Shown one piece after another: positions 1-12,732 of a DNA stretch of 64,000 nt. A program made the position numbers and the translations under genes. Source of the DNA: Ramazzottius varieornatus (taxonomy: Eukaryota; Animalia; Tardigrada); NCBI GenBank assembly GCA_001949185.1, contig BDGG01000019.1:99690-163689 (forward strand), in the 5' to 3' direction. The notes beneath the pieces are model-generated. The model was not told the origin of the DNA. It ran no database searches and saw only the letters and a program-made list of their open reading frames with translations. The first letter of the stretch is position 1; each line of letters begins with the position of its first letter.

Positions 1-368
1 AAGGAATATTATGGCGGGAGACGTGCCCTTGCAGTCACAAATGAAGCCTTCTGGAGCACATCTTTCTGGAGCATTGGCTGATCGTCGCACTGTCGATCCC
101 ACTGGTAAGTGTACATTCCCATCTTAACAATCAATTCTTCCATTCCACAGTGCGAAATAATCTTTAGAAAGCTGGCTCTTGAATGGGTTTTGTTGTGTAT
201 CAACAGAGAGAAACCATTCGGCTACTTTAGTCATTCATGGAAAAAGTTTCTTGAAAATTAAACAAGTTTTCGGACGGTAGCTCGGGTCCATTGATTGGGA
301 TGACGTCATTGATTGATTGGGCCAGTTATAGATCAAGACTGTCTCTCTTTTCAGAACGAATTAAATCC

Positions 369-3300
369 ATGTTGTTCTCCCCTCCGCTACCAACATCCGT
401 TGGTAGCAAAAATAAGACGGAAAAGCATGTGCAGCCTGCGACAGCAAGCAACGATGACTTTGACCAGCTGTTGGCTAGTATCCATACTAAGATCTCGCAG
501 GACTTCGGAGCGACGACGACGTCGACGACCGCCAACGATCTACACGCTTCCCCTATGCGCCTCTCTCCTGTGGCACCAGCGTCTGCTTCCTCAGCTGTGT
601 CGATAGCCGTCAATGGCAGTACTCCCCCTAAAGAAATAATCATGACGAAGGCAGAGAGTAGGAAGTTAAAGAAGTTGCGGAGCAGTTTGAACGTTCAAGA
701 TTGCGAACTGTTGGAAGTGTTCAGCTCTGTGACTGCCCGATTAAGCTCACTAGAACTATCCGAAGCAGCTAAGAAGCCACCGGATCCATCTCCGAGTAAA
801 ACTACGACTAAGCCGACGGGTAACGTTCTGGAAGCGGAGAGTGTGAAGATGCTGCCTTTCAAGAAGCGTGCCTATAAAGGCGATAAAGTTCCTTCTCCCA
901 AAACGACCGATGGAGGAACGAAAACTTCAGGAAGAATAGACGGTAGGTTTAGTAGAATCGTTAGTCATGTTTATTGTGAGCACATCACGGTTTACATCAC
1001 CTTCGATGAGTGCGTATGAGTAATGAGCAACGCTAAAAGCTAGCGCATGACTTTCCGGGTTCAGTCGCGCAAATGACCAGCTTTTGATACAGAAGTATGC
1101 GCATGTTGCGACGAGTGATAAGGCGTGGGTTACCGAGTCAAGTCGCGCATGCACCTGGCTTCACTTACCTACATGTGCGCCACTTGCGGGACAAGCTGCA
1201 GTGGGCTGGCGCAGGCTCATATTCAGTTATTTGATCGTTCTGTGTCGTCAAGTTCAACTTTTTCCTGTAGGAACGAAGGAGAAAAATGGACCAGCCAAGA
1301 GTCTATCAGTGACATCGCAAGGGACAGCAGCAGTAGATGGGACAGAAAAGCTTCCCACACTCAAGTTGAAAGTCAGCCGGACTGCTTCGGGTAAGGTCCA
1401 AACAGCTCGGACATCCACTTCCACGCCTCTTGTTCTCGAGAAGACAGCTCAAAAGATGACAGAAATCCAGGTGGTCTTATCGAAGACTATCCACAAGCCA
1501 CTTCAACCGAAAAAGATTCTTCCCCTTCTCATGCCTAAAGCCACACCAACGAACCAGCCTGGTGTGGTCCTCATCGCCCCGAAACCCGCTGCTGCACTAG
1601 CCTCTCTCCACTGCGCCACGGCGAAAGCCATACAGAAGCCTGTGGAGAAGCCGATGAGTCTTTCCGAGAGCCTTAACCTAATCATCTCCCCTCCCACCGG
1701 AACTTCTTTGCCGGTTGACACGCCAGTCAAGAAGCGAGGAAGACCGAGGAAGCGTCCGGTTGAAGCTTCGACCGAACCTGCGAATGAAGCTTCTGTGGAA
1801 CCTCCGGTGGCGAAGAAGGTGAAGCTGGTCGAGAGACCGCCGAAGACGATTAAAGAAGACGCCGTTGTAGAAGTCCCTGCAGTGTCTGAAGAAGACAGGA
1901 AACAGATGGAAGAGTTGCAAGCCAAGTTTCGTTTGACGCGTAACATTTACAGTCCAAAGAGCTTAGGAGAGGAGATGCACAAAGACTACGATCTGAAGCG
2001 CTGTGACTGTAAACCGCCGGCAGCCGCCGACGCTGTTGGGTGTGGGTATGGCTGTTCCAGCCGAAGTAGCTACTTTGAGTGTGATCCCGAGGATTGCCCT
2101 TGCGGTAAGCGATGTACCAACAACGCCATCCAGAAGAAGAGATGGGCGGAGAACCTGGAGCTGTTCAAGACGGATAAGAAAGGCTTTGGTGTCCGATGCC
2201 TAAAGCCTATCCGACGAGGTACGTTTTTGTTACTGTAGAACGAAAGAAGACAGAGAAAGTTATAACCTCGGGAAGACCAAGCAAGTTAAAGGGAAAACGG
2301 TAAAGGGAAAGCGCGGTCAGGGCTGTGCCTGTTGGTCAGAGCTATGCCTTGGTGGTCAAGGCCGCGCCGCTAGCAGCCGACCGAAAATCTTCATCGTCCC
2401 TATGTAGAATGTTCTGCAATGGTGTGTTTTGGGGTTGACCATTGTTGTTTTTTCCCGATTAGGCTCGTTGATATGTGAATACGTGGGGGAGGTGGTATCA
2501 TGGGAGGTCTTTCGGGGAAGGAGTGAGAAGCAGTACAACAACAACCTCCATCATTACTGTCTAAAGCTGGACAGCACCAAAGTGATCGATGCCTACTCGC
2601 AAGGTGGCATCGCTCGTTTCATCAACCACTCGTGTGAACCCAACAGCCATACGCAGAACTGGGTGGTCAAAGGCCGGGACCGAATAGCCATCTTCGCCTC
2701 CAAAGACATCCCCGCGGGAGAAGAGATCACGTACGACTATAAGTTTGAAAGCTTCGACGTCCAGGTAATTAACTCTCCATAGATGAAATCTCGCAAAGTA
2801 ACTCGACAAGATGGTTTTTCCAAGCGGCACACGCTTTCCCAATCACCGGAAACGTGCGCCAGTTGGGAAAACAACCTTTTGAAGGTTGATTACTTTGCCA
2901 AGCGGCGCATCACTTCGGTGTTATTGGCTGGAAGTGTGCGCCACTTGAAAAACGAAATTGTCAGGCTCTCGGTTTAGTCATCTCGGAAGACTCACGGCTC
3001 ATTTACTTTCAGCAACCCTGCTTTTGTGGCTCGAAGAATTGCCGAGGCTTCACCGGTGTGCAGAAGAGCCAGAAGCTCAACGGTCTGCTGATGAAGAAGC
3101 GCATGAGTTCCAGCAGTACTACCCCAACACTGAACACCGCCGTAACCAAGTCACCAGCAGTGACAACATCGCCGCTTCCTTCTTCATCGTCCAAAAAGGA
3201 CCTCACTGTCTTCGTTCCTCCACTAAACGGATTGTCCAAGAAGTCCGCTGCAAAAGAAAGTCCGCCGGTCATAACCGTCGCCTCTCCTTCAAAGACGAAA

Positions 3301-6030
3301 CCACCGGTGTCCACCACTAACGGTTGGCTCTTTGCTGGTCCATCTACTCCGAAGGCTGTAGGGTTTCCTGCGAGGAAAGCATCTGAGACAAAAGTATTAC
3401 TGACTAACGGAGTTTCATCGCCAGCGACCACATCGGTACGATAATAATTTATTGAAGCACGGCGAACAAACGCGACAGGATCATTTTCAAAGGCGGCGCA
3501 CGCTTTCAGCCAGCTACACCGGAAACGCGCGCCACTTGATAAAATCGTTTGATTTCGTCTGTCTGCCGAATTCCTAGTTCACAGTAGGCAGTGGAACTTT
3601 GCTTTCACGATTTCGTGTCATGTTGCAGAAGAAGGTTGCATCGAAAGATGCTCCTCCGGCCACTACACCTGCCACAGCAGTAGCTCCAGCGAGAACTCCA
3701 ACAATGGTACGCGTTGTGCCAAACAAAAGACGGGCAACTGACCCTGATGAAACTGGTAAAGCGAAAATGGTCAAGGCTTCGTCAGTGGAAGATGCTGCTG
3801 AGAAGGAGAAAAAGAGCGTAGTAGTTTTGACAGTGGGAACCGAGGCAGTGGTGACTGCTCCGGCTATTTCGGTCAAGAGCGCGCAGTCAACAAATCCTCA
3901 GGCTGGCACGAAGTCTCCTCTGCCCGAGCGAAGACCCAAGAAACTGAAGACCGAAACAAGTGGCGGAAAAAACGGTCCGTCCACTGTCCTCTCCAGCGTC
4001 GAGACAGCGTCGTCAGGAGAGACAGACTTGGCCATTGTAAGAAAAGAAAGGTTTTTCCTACCGCGCAACTTGAGAAAATTGGTGAAGGATGTGAAGAAAC
4101 AGCGAACCAAGCGTCCGGTGAGACCTGGAAATATCTTGAAAGTTTAAAGACTGTTGATGAGTGTCTCTTGCTTTTCAGAAAGTGTCCATACTGTGCACAC
4201 CGATCGAGCTTCCTGCCCTAGCTTGTGAAGCTTTGAAGCGTGTTCGTGGGTCAAACAGGTTCGATCCATTGTTGACCAAGGCAAAGGAGGATAAGAGAGA
4301 TAGTTCGCAGCAGTTGTACCCTCCTTCTTACTTCCGCCCTGCTCACTGGGAGCCTTCGGCCGAAGACATCATCAAGTACTATGTGGATGAAGTCATCCGC
4401 TGTAGCTGCGGCATCTACCTGGAAGACGGGCGCATGACCGAATGCGAACAGTGCAAGGTACTGTACTTCAACTTGAATCCGACATTCACCCGCATACACG
4501 AACGTGGCGTGAGCAGTATGGCACGCTGTGTGCAGGTGGATGAAACCCGAAAGTGGGGACCCATCACGTACCTGCATACACCTGTGGTGTAATATTTGCA
4601 CGGGACTTTGTATGCAGGCGTTTGCAAAGTGATCACAAGTTTTTCGTTTGATAGACATGGCAGCACAATGAATGTGTCGGAGTTCCACCTTCTCTGGACA
4701 AGCCATACAAGTGTCCGGGATGTCTCAACGTAAAGACTCCTTTGGAGATCCACCAGAACCTGCCTGCCGCACTCAACCTCGACAGTCTAGACTGCTACAC
4801 TACGCTGATGGCGCCCAACTGCCAGAACTTCCCGGTCCGTGTCGGCGACTGCGTGTACCTGACCAAGGATCGGTCACCTGTCAACCCTGACGCCTTGTAC
4901 GACCCACTCACTCTCGACATAGTGCGAGTGGACAAGATGTGGATTGAAGGAACGACGGGCAACAAGAAACTATACGGCAACCACTACCTGAGACCGCATG
5001 AAACGTACCATGAAGCTTCCAGATCTTTCTACGAGAACGAACTGCTGAGAAGTCCGATTTTTGAGACTGTAGCGCTGGAAGCCGTTCTGGGAAGGTAAGA
5101 AAACTGTTCTTCTCCTCTTTTGAACACCTGCAGACAGATAACTGGCTCCTACTATGGGGTACGTGTAAGCTGGTGCTTGCGGAAGCACGCTTTCATGTAT
5201 TTACATACAAGTGTGCACCATGATGATGTGGCTTATGGGTACTGCAGGTGCTTGCAAAGTAGGCGTAGGCTTGTTAACAGTCTCTTGACGTGCTGTGTGG
5301 TTTCAGGTGTTGCATTATGGACCCCATCTTGTACGCCACAGGCAAGCCCAAAGAATATCCCATCGAGCATTGTTTCATCTGCGAGTTGAAGACGAACAAG
5401 AAAGCCGCGTCGTTCGGCAAGATGAAAGCGCATGAAAAGTATGGATGACTTTACAACTCATTTATGCATTGTGTACTATTTTGTGGCTTTATAGACTACC
5501 AATCAACGAAAAAGCGTACTATTTCGATTACTACCCGGAGAAGTTGACCATCAGAAGAACCCTGAAACCACACGGAGTACCCGTCACCAAGAAGAAACAA
5601 AAGGCGAACGCTGCTCGAAGGAAATCCGACCAGCCGAAAGCCATACTGGATGTTGTGGTAAGTTAAGTAGAGCTCGACAAGCAAATTCGACCAGATCGTT
5701 CTCCAGAGTGGCGCACGTTTTCATTTACCAACATTGAAGGAGTGCGCTACTTGGCTGCAAACAAAGAAACTAGGCAAGATTGTTTTCCCAACTGGCGTAC
5801 CGGTCCAGCTTTTCTTACCGGGAATGTGCGCCACTGAGGAAAACATCTGATCGAGTTTGTTTGCTGAGCTCCGAAGTAATATTCGTAAACCGAATGATGA
5901 GTTTTTGATTTCACAGAGAGATAAGTGCGAAAGGATCCAGATAGTGATGGATCGACTCAGTGAGAAGGCAGCTGAAGCACAAGACAAGAGTCTAACTTCA
6001 TCGTCGTCGTCGGCGCAGACGCCGACTTGA
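369..6030 (+). CDS. ASH1L: ASH1/ASH1L-like histone H3K36 methyltransferase (multi-exon; start uncertain)
   Basis: AT-hook KKRGRPRKRP; AWS Cys cluster (CDC...CGYGC..R...ECDPEDCPCGKRCTN); SET motifs KGFGV, EYVGEV, RFINHSCEPN, GEEITYDY; post-SET CFCGSKNCRG; PHD (IRCSCG...ECEQC...HNECV...CPGC); BAH (VRVGDCVYL...YGNHYLRPHETYH...FYENEL). Stop TGA at 6028-6030. Confidence 0.88.
2800..2960. repeat. Intronic GTGGCGCAC-N25-GTGCGCCAC palindrome array (2 units), ASH1 intron
   Basis: caagcggcacac...gtgcgccagttg and caagcggcgcat...gtgcgccacttg, about 78 bp apart. Confidence 0.85.
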
Positions 6031-6410
6031 TCCTTACTGGCAACAAGTAGCCCGCCCCCACGTCTTTCTTTCTTTGAACCTTTTCATTGCAGTTTTGTTC
6101 TTTGTATATGACATTATTATTTCGGCGGTGTTTGCATGGGTGAACTAAATTGTATTATTCCCAGCAATTATGTTCAAAGAAGTTCTGTTTCGTTTTTTCC
6201 GTATTTTCTCTTTCCGGAACTGAACAAGGTTTTTTTACATAGTGCCTATTTGAATGTCTCTTAAAGTTCTCAAGCTTGAAATTTTGAAATTTTCAGTTTC
6301 ATTTTTGCCTGTTATTGTTTGACTAATCTGTCAATCTTTCTTCTAGTCTTCGGTGCTGACTATGTTCAATTCAAGTTTCATGTAAATAATTCTGAAGCTG
6401 GTTCCACTAC

Positions 6411-7400
6411 TTAGTCAACTTTAGCTCGATGATCCAGCAGGATATTCAGTGTTCCGTAGTAAGTCCTTATGTCGCCTTCGTTCCGCACGACGATGAGACG
6501 GGTTAAATCCGCATTCGACGTGTAGTTGTTTGTCTTCCGGGTACACATCTGTGAACATGGTATTGGATGACGATGCAGGAATTTGGGCGTCAAGGATTGT
6601 ACCGTTGTGGAAGTGCAGTTGAGTGTTCAGAGTTGCGCCAAAGCTTCGCAATAGGAGTGGATGCCACTACTCATATGTTTGCTATTTTCCAGCGGAGTAA
6701 TCTTCGCATGAATATATGCTGGTTTGTACTTCCCGAAGACGCCGAAGCAGCTGGTTATCAGCTGAGCTCAACAGCTCTGTATTGACAATACAGAGTACGC
6801 GGAAGCGGAAACACCCCTCGAATTCAAGTTAGCTAGTTAGTGGGAGCCGCGGGGAGACGCAGCGTACCAGATCGCCATCTCAGGCGGCGCACTTCTTCAT
6901 TGTTATCGGCTGAAGGCGTGCGCCACAGATAGCGATCTCGCACGTTTGCTTCCCCAGCTCCCAAGTACAGTAACATTGCATTTGATGCAGCTCATGCATG
7001 ACTATAATACGTACATAATCAGGAAAGAGTGCCGAAATATCGCTATAGTGTCCATCAATGTCAGCTTGCCAGACATCCAGAAGAGCGCGGACAGGTTCGC
7101 CGCACGAATCGTTGAGTGTGGCTGAAGTGAACCATACCGTTGAGGAAGAACCGAGTATGCATCGGGGTGTTGTTGCATACTATCGGCAATGGAGTCCCGA
7201 TATTGATCCCAACAAACGGGCTTCGTGTTTGTACTTTCCCCTTCGACATCGGCTGTAGTTTGGCGACATTCAGTTTTTCCGCCACAAGGTCAAGGTTTCG
7301 GTGGCGCGACGAGCTTTTGCGGTAGACCCGCTGTATGGGTCGCTGCCAACCAGAGTCATTGTGGTCCACCAAGATATTTCTCCCTGAGTCTGCATAATCT
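6411..7400 (-). pseudogene. Decayed tandem paralog of the intradiol dioxygenase
   Basis: Fragments in different frames match the neighbouring gene: RFFLNGMV, DSCGEPVRALLDVWQADIDGHYSD, KPAYIHAKITPLE, TLNTQLHFHNG, YYGTLNILLDH. At least two frameshifts; RPAHVH has become KPAYIH. Confidence 0.75.
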
Positions 7401-7848
7401 CGATCACTTTCGAGCGCACAAGAATGCTGAGCGTTATTATATTATTATATGAGGATTGTTTACATCAGAGTGTGGTAAGATGACTAACACGTAGCATAAT
7501 AGCGCTGGCGGTGTACGGTTCCACCGAAGACGACAACACGATCGCTATCCGATGTAACCGAAAGTTCCTTATCGCAAGTGCAGGAAAGTCTGAGCCTTGT
7601 TTACACTTCGACGACTGTTTTTCTTGTTGTCTTTTCGCGTATCACAATTATAACTATGAAAAAGTAGATTTCAAAACTACAAAATAACAAGAAGCAGAAA
7701 AGAGAAAACAACAGCTGGGAACGTCAAAAGGGTTGAAACCTCATTGGTCCAAAGGAATATTCTGTTATATAGCAAGCTATGGTTACAAACTGATGCCGTC
7801 CTTCAGCCGAAAATCGTTGGTGATCGCGATGTTGTAAACTTGGCCCAA

Positions 7849-8905
7849 TCACACTTTCGCTTTGTGATCGAGCAGAACATCCCAGCTTCCAATGAAAGTC
7901 TTGAAATCATCCTCGTTGGTCACATGTGTGATCTGACTGGGGTTTCCCGATCCACAGATGCCGCATGAATCAACCGGTTTCAAGAAATGATCTACCAGAT
8001 AAAAAAACGCCAACAAATCAGAACCACTATCGACTCGCAATCACACTGTCGATGCTTGTTGCAAAGAACTCATAAGCTTACAGTCCACTCACCATGGGCA
8101 AAGTACAGTTGTGTCGTTAGAGACTTCCCAGCTGGTGTGTTCGACTCGTCCAAGGGGGTGATTGTGAAATGCACATGCGCCGGTCGAAGTCCACCATCAT
8201 CATATCGACCCGGAAGTAGGGAGGAAAACGTGAAGAAACCATCAGCGCCAGTTAACAACCGCGACCGACAAGTCTATAAATCGCATCAACGTCATCGTAA
8301 CCATCCCATCCAGTCGTAGATTCGAACTTACAAAGTCATTTGATGTGGTGGCGCTATTGCTGTATTCGCCTTCCGGATCGGCGTGCCATATATCCAGCAG
8401 TGCTCGAACAGGTTTACCGCAAGGTGCGTCGTCAGTGGTCACTCGAACAGTGCCGTTGAGGATCAAACGATCATTCTTGGGACTGTTGGGACAGATAAAT
8501 GGTAGCGGAGAGACTGAAGCACCTGTCGCCTGGATGGGCGAGTTGGGCTTGTAGAAGGGACCAAGGATGTCAGTGTCGGTCAACTTGCAGCTTGTCCGAA
8601 GAACATCTGTGAACAACCATTCCAGAATTACAAAGTTGAACAGAGCTGGAAGATCCCCGTTCCCGACTGTTGGTCCGGAGGAAACACATGGAAGGTCCGC
8701 AACCGAAACGTACAAGATCGTCGCCTCAAGTGACGCAAACTTCCAGCTTATGGTGTGGAAAATGTGCGCTACCTAGGCTGATCGATCTTATACGTTTCGT
8801 TCGCGGGTCACCCACATTCTGATTGAACATACCTCTGGGAACCGCATGGAGTTCCTGGACGATCAGCAGGAAGCAGGTGAAATATATTGTAAGTCTAGCA
8901 GACAT
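7849..8905 (-). CDS. Secreted intradiol ring-cleavage dioxygenase (4 exons)
   Basis: Signal-like N-terminus MSARLTIYFTCFLLIVQELHA; GPFY, LILNGTV, LDIWHADPEGEYS, PGRY...RPAHVHF and LTTQLYF motifs supply the 2-Tyr/2-His Fe(III) ligand set; canonical GT-AG introns. Confidence 0.88.
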
Positions 8906-9194
8906 TGGCGAAAAGAGCTCAGTGCTGTACATGGCGACGGGGGATTCTTTGTCGGCTTCACAGCAAGGAACTAACTCGAAGTGTGATTAGATTATTCTTA
9001 AAGAAACATGAACGATGGTGTTGTCACAGTTTGGTGTTGTCGGTGTCGTACGAACCATTATATGGCCTAACAAGCATCAGGTGTCGCCTGACGCAAACAT
9101 GATCGTATGACGACACATACCGGAAAGTGCAGACACGCTGCGTATATGGACACTAGTTACTGCAAGACTCATAAGAGGTTCGTGATATGCCTTA

Positions 9195-9521
9195 CACGCA
9201 CGATGAGTAAGTATGGGACAATAAAAAGTATGGGACAGGCCTTTTCGCTACGGCGGCACGGGCAGGTGATTCTTACTAGAAGTAAAAACCAGCACTGAGG
9301 GCTGCTTTGCTGTACGTACGTGCTGAATAGCAGAAAGCGCGTCTCAAACAAAAAGTCAAACAGCTGATCGGCAATGTTGATGACAATTTTCTGCGGTTAA
9401 ATGTCAATGCGTTACGTCGTAGGCTCGATTTTCATTGCTGGCTCGCATTCAGGATGTAAATTTGCCGTCCTTTCCGCCTGTCCCATACTTTTTGCTGTCC
9501 CATACTTACACATCGTGCGTA
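9195..9521. mobile_element. TA-flanked MITE (Tc1/mariner-type), 327 bp
   Basis: ~45 bp imperfect TIRs (cacgcacgatgagtaagtatgggaca... / ...tgtcccatacttacacatcgtgcgta) with TA on both sides; internal segment ttttcgctacggcggcacgggcaggtgattctt is shared with the element at 60067-60700. Confidence 0.8.
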
Positions 9522-10131
9522 TACTACGTACGCTATCGCATTCCTCGATGCTTGATGTTGTTTATGTAAACAACGAAATGCCGGTTACGCGAAGGCATTC
9601 GCAACATCGTTTGGCTGACAATAAAATAGCTCGCGAATTTCTCGTAAACACACAGAAACTTCATTGATTTTTTTAAAAGCGAACCGTACCGCGAGCCGCG
9701 TACTGTTACGAAGAAGAACTTTCAAAAACCAAGGTCCAGAGTAGGGACAAAGAAGTAAAAGACCCACTGTGTGCCCGGTTGGCACCCTTACAAAATAGAA
9801 TAAAAAAGACACAATCAAGCTTGCCGTCCCAAGCAATGTTCTTCAACGTACTGACCGTGCGCTCGTAGTCACCTAGAGTGCGCAAGGAGCCGTGGGTCCC
9901 CCTAGAACAGTGCCAGTCACTATCCCATATCCGCCAGTGTGACCAAAGGTACTTTTCGGCATTTGACCGTCAAGAAAAACCGCGCCGCAGGTCAGGATCG
10001 TCAACTGCAGCCTTTCTTCGTCAAACTTCAAGCATACGCTGCCAGGCGAAGCCCACACCACAGAATTCCCCTTCATCCCATTCATATCCGCAGTATGGGG
10101 ACCTTGGTACAGAGCGCGGATCTCGTTACTA

Positions 10132-10301
10132 CAGTGTACCAAACAATTAACCGTCGAAAATGGGTGTTAGAAGGAACCAGATGGAAACGGCCAATGAAAT
10201 TTGCGCATGCGGCGGATCAAAAACGTTTTTGGTCATAGGATAATTAAGCTCCCGTTTAATTGTCACGCCCATCTAGCGACGGTTAATTTTTTGGTACACT
10301 G
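10132..10301. mobile_element. Tc1-like MITE, 170 bp
   Basis: TIRs CAGTGTACCAAAcAATTAACCGTCG / CGACGGTTAATTtTTTGGTACACTG flanked by TA. Confidence 0.85.
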
Positions 10302-10797
10302 TAGTACAACCCAAGAAAAGAAGAGTACCTAGCAAAGTAGCGAGCAAGTGTATTCCGTACTTCAGTTAGCGCCGGACAGGTACCCAGAGTACACTTATCT
10401 CAACCGGCGCATATGTAACCGAGCGCAGGCTGTACGCAGGTACCTAGGTTACTGATGCACGCCCAAGCAGTTCTGACTTTTGACTTTTGGACGATGAAAT
10501 TTCATTTCCAGCACATCTGCTCCTGCTGGACTTGTCATCAGAACCTTCCCCCATCTTTCTCCACTCCTCTCCATCCTATCCGCAAACTGAAATTTTAAAT
10601 CAACCGTTTGCGACAAAAACAGCTCGTCGTGAGGAGGACTAATAATCCGTTTTCGCTTTCACAGTAAGCTACTCGAGGGCTGCTTATCTTGAAAGCGAAA
10701 CTTCGTAATCCACTTCCAAGATCAACACAATCAAAGGAGTCTTACGGCCTGTCATGAGGAGGACTAATGCGCTTAAAGATTCCCACCTCACGTGGTC

Positions 10798-11740
10798 TCA
10801 GAAGTCAAGAGCAGTGCCCATTTCTAGACGCTTCTGGTGAGACTCGTAACAGAAGCGGCCAGCTTCCCTATCAGATACTTCTGCGAAGTGACCAATACAT
10901 CCTTGACGTTGTCCAAACCGACGCTGGGAAAAGCGTCTGAGTAGGTATACCTGGTAATCAAGACAAGCATGTGAGAGTTGAAGTATGTTTGGCATCCTCG
11001 TCACCCGTCCATTGTCACAGCTGTCGTATTTGAACAACGTACGTTTTGAGAGACTGAAAGGCTGCAGGCGTAACATCCGAGATCTCGACCACGTTTTCTT
11101 CTTCTCTTTCAGCTCTCCACAAACATGGCGCGGGAGACAGGCCAGCCACCACGAAAGGATTCTGAAAACGGGTGATCGGGGTGTCATCCATAACATCCGG
11201 TTCATCGTGAAAAATACTTCGCAGATGGCCACCGTCCACTCACTTGTGTCCGAAAATATCCACAGGCTTGTTGCCTTCTCCGGAGTTTGCACCAGACGTC
11301 ATGGGGATACAATATGGGGCGCCATAGCCACGCTCGTACGGTTTTAACTTGAGCGCGTCTATAACTCACGGTGGGAGGGGCGACCAAGCTCAAAAAAGAC
11401 ACGCGTTTTACACTGTCATTTTCCGCTGTAAGAATTCTCGCCAGAGTTCGTGAATTCTACACAAAGTGTGAAATGAAAAGTTGTGCAAACTGAAACCCTG
11501 GCAGAGCAGGTGCGGTGGTTTAGGAAACTCTGCGAGAAATTCTTGCGAAAAAAGCGCCGTTTGCGTCAAAAGTTTTGACGCAAACGGCGCCTCATAATAC
11601 AAGTCGTTCTCCAGGAGAAACGCGATCCCTCTGCACATCTGCTTGGACTCATACCAGGACTTCTTGCGGGCTGCCACAGCAATGGCCAGGGCTGGATGGC
11701 TGAGGCCTTGTCCGACGTTTGCATGTCTCTGAGCCGACAT
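10798..11740 (-). pseudogene. Probable decayed BTB/POZ-domain gene
   Basis: Fragments FLLENDLYY, SPVFRILS and EENVVEISDVTPAAFQSLKTY resemble the BTB core; they are split across frames and interrupted. Confidence 0.45.
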
Positions 11741-12191
11741 GGTGGTGCGGATCGGGTGATAACAGCAAAGCTTCCGGATAAATCAGAGCAAGTATTGTTG
11801 CAGGTAACGGAAGACTTAAAGCAGGAATGTGTCAGGAGCAAATTTGGCATTGAAGAGGGAAACTCGAACGATTCGGATTTTTGGAATGATAGTTTCAGTG
11901 AAACGTTCCGGTTGAAATGTAAACATTAGTCCTCCTCACGACGAGCTGTTTATGTCACAAAAGGTTGATTTAAAATTTGATCTTGCTTGATCAACGGAAA
12001 TCAGTCGTGAGTGAGGCAAAATTGGGTTTTTCGCGAGTCTCGGAAACGGGACCGGAAATGCGCGAGTTTTGCGGGCTAGGTTTGTAGGCAAACTTTGCCT
12101 CCTGACTAGGCTGAAACTCGTGGTTTTCTCTCTGGCTAGTCTCTGTCTGTCGATATCCACGACACTAATAGGTATCAAGAAGCCCATACAC

Positions 12192-12732
12192 CAGTGTTGG
12201 ACAAAGTACCGGTACTACCAGGTAATACCTGTACTAAGTACCGATTTCGAAGTACTCGTACTTTACCAGGTACCGCCACTCGATACCTGTACCTCACGGG
12301 AGGAATTTCAGGTATTTACCGGGTACTGAAGGCAGACGGTAATCACCGGAAGTACCGCGAGAGTGCTGGACGCTTCGGTTCACATGTCAAAAATATCAGC
12401 ATTTCCGAGCCCAAAACTCGGCGCTGCTCATGTGGGACAGTGTACTACGTTCGGCCGTAGCGCATCTCAACTAGCGCATGGGCGCACTTGCTCAATGCGA
12501 AGTATGGAGCCCACATGCACCTACCGCATGCCAGCGTTATGGGGCATGTAGGTGCGCGAGGCTAAAAGTGCATTTTAAAATTATTTTGCGATACTTTCGG
12601 TATTCTTTCTGGACCGCACTCTGCCGGCGGTATTACCTGTGAAGCTTGCCAAATAACAATACTTTACCTGCGAGGCGAGCCGAAATACTTTACTTTACCA
12701 AGTACCGAAGAGCCATTACTTGCTCAACACCG
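12192..12732. mobile_element. Non-autonomous hAT-type element, 541 bp
   Basis: TIR cagtgttggacaaagta / tactttgctcaacaccg; perfect 8-bp TSD ccatacac at 12184-12191 and 12733-12740; GTAC/TACC-rich subterminal repeats. Confidence 0.88.

Noticed and set aside
9-203. 64-aa minus-strand ORF at the window edge, and the many short antisense ORFs in the track
   Set aside because: No recognisable motifs; most are shadows of real exons or span introns.
2800-2960. Palindromic repeats with fixed-length variable spacers, superficially CRISPR-like or REP-like
   Set aside because: Eukaryotic introns, only 1-3 units per site, spacers related to each other, and no cas or RAYT-type gene in the window.
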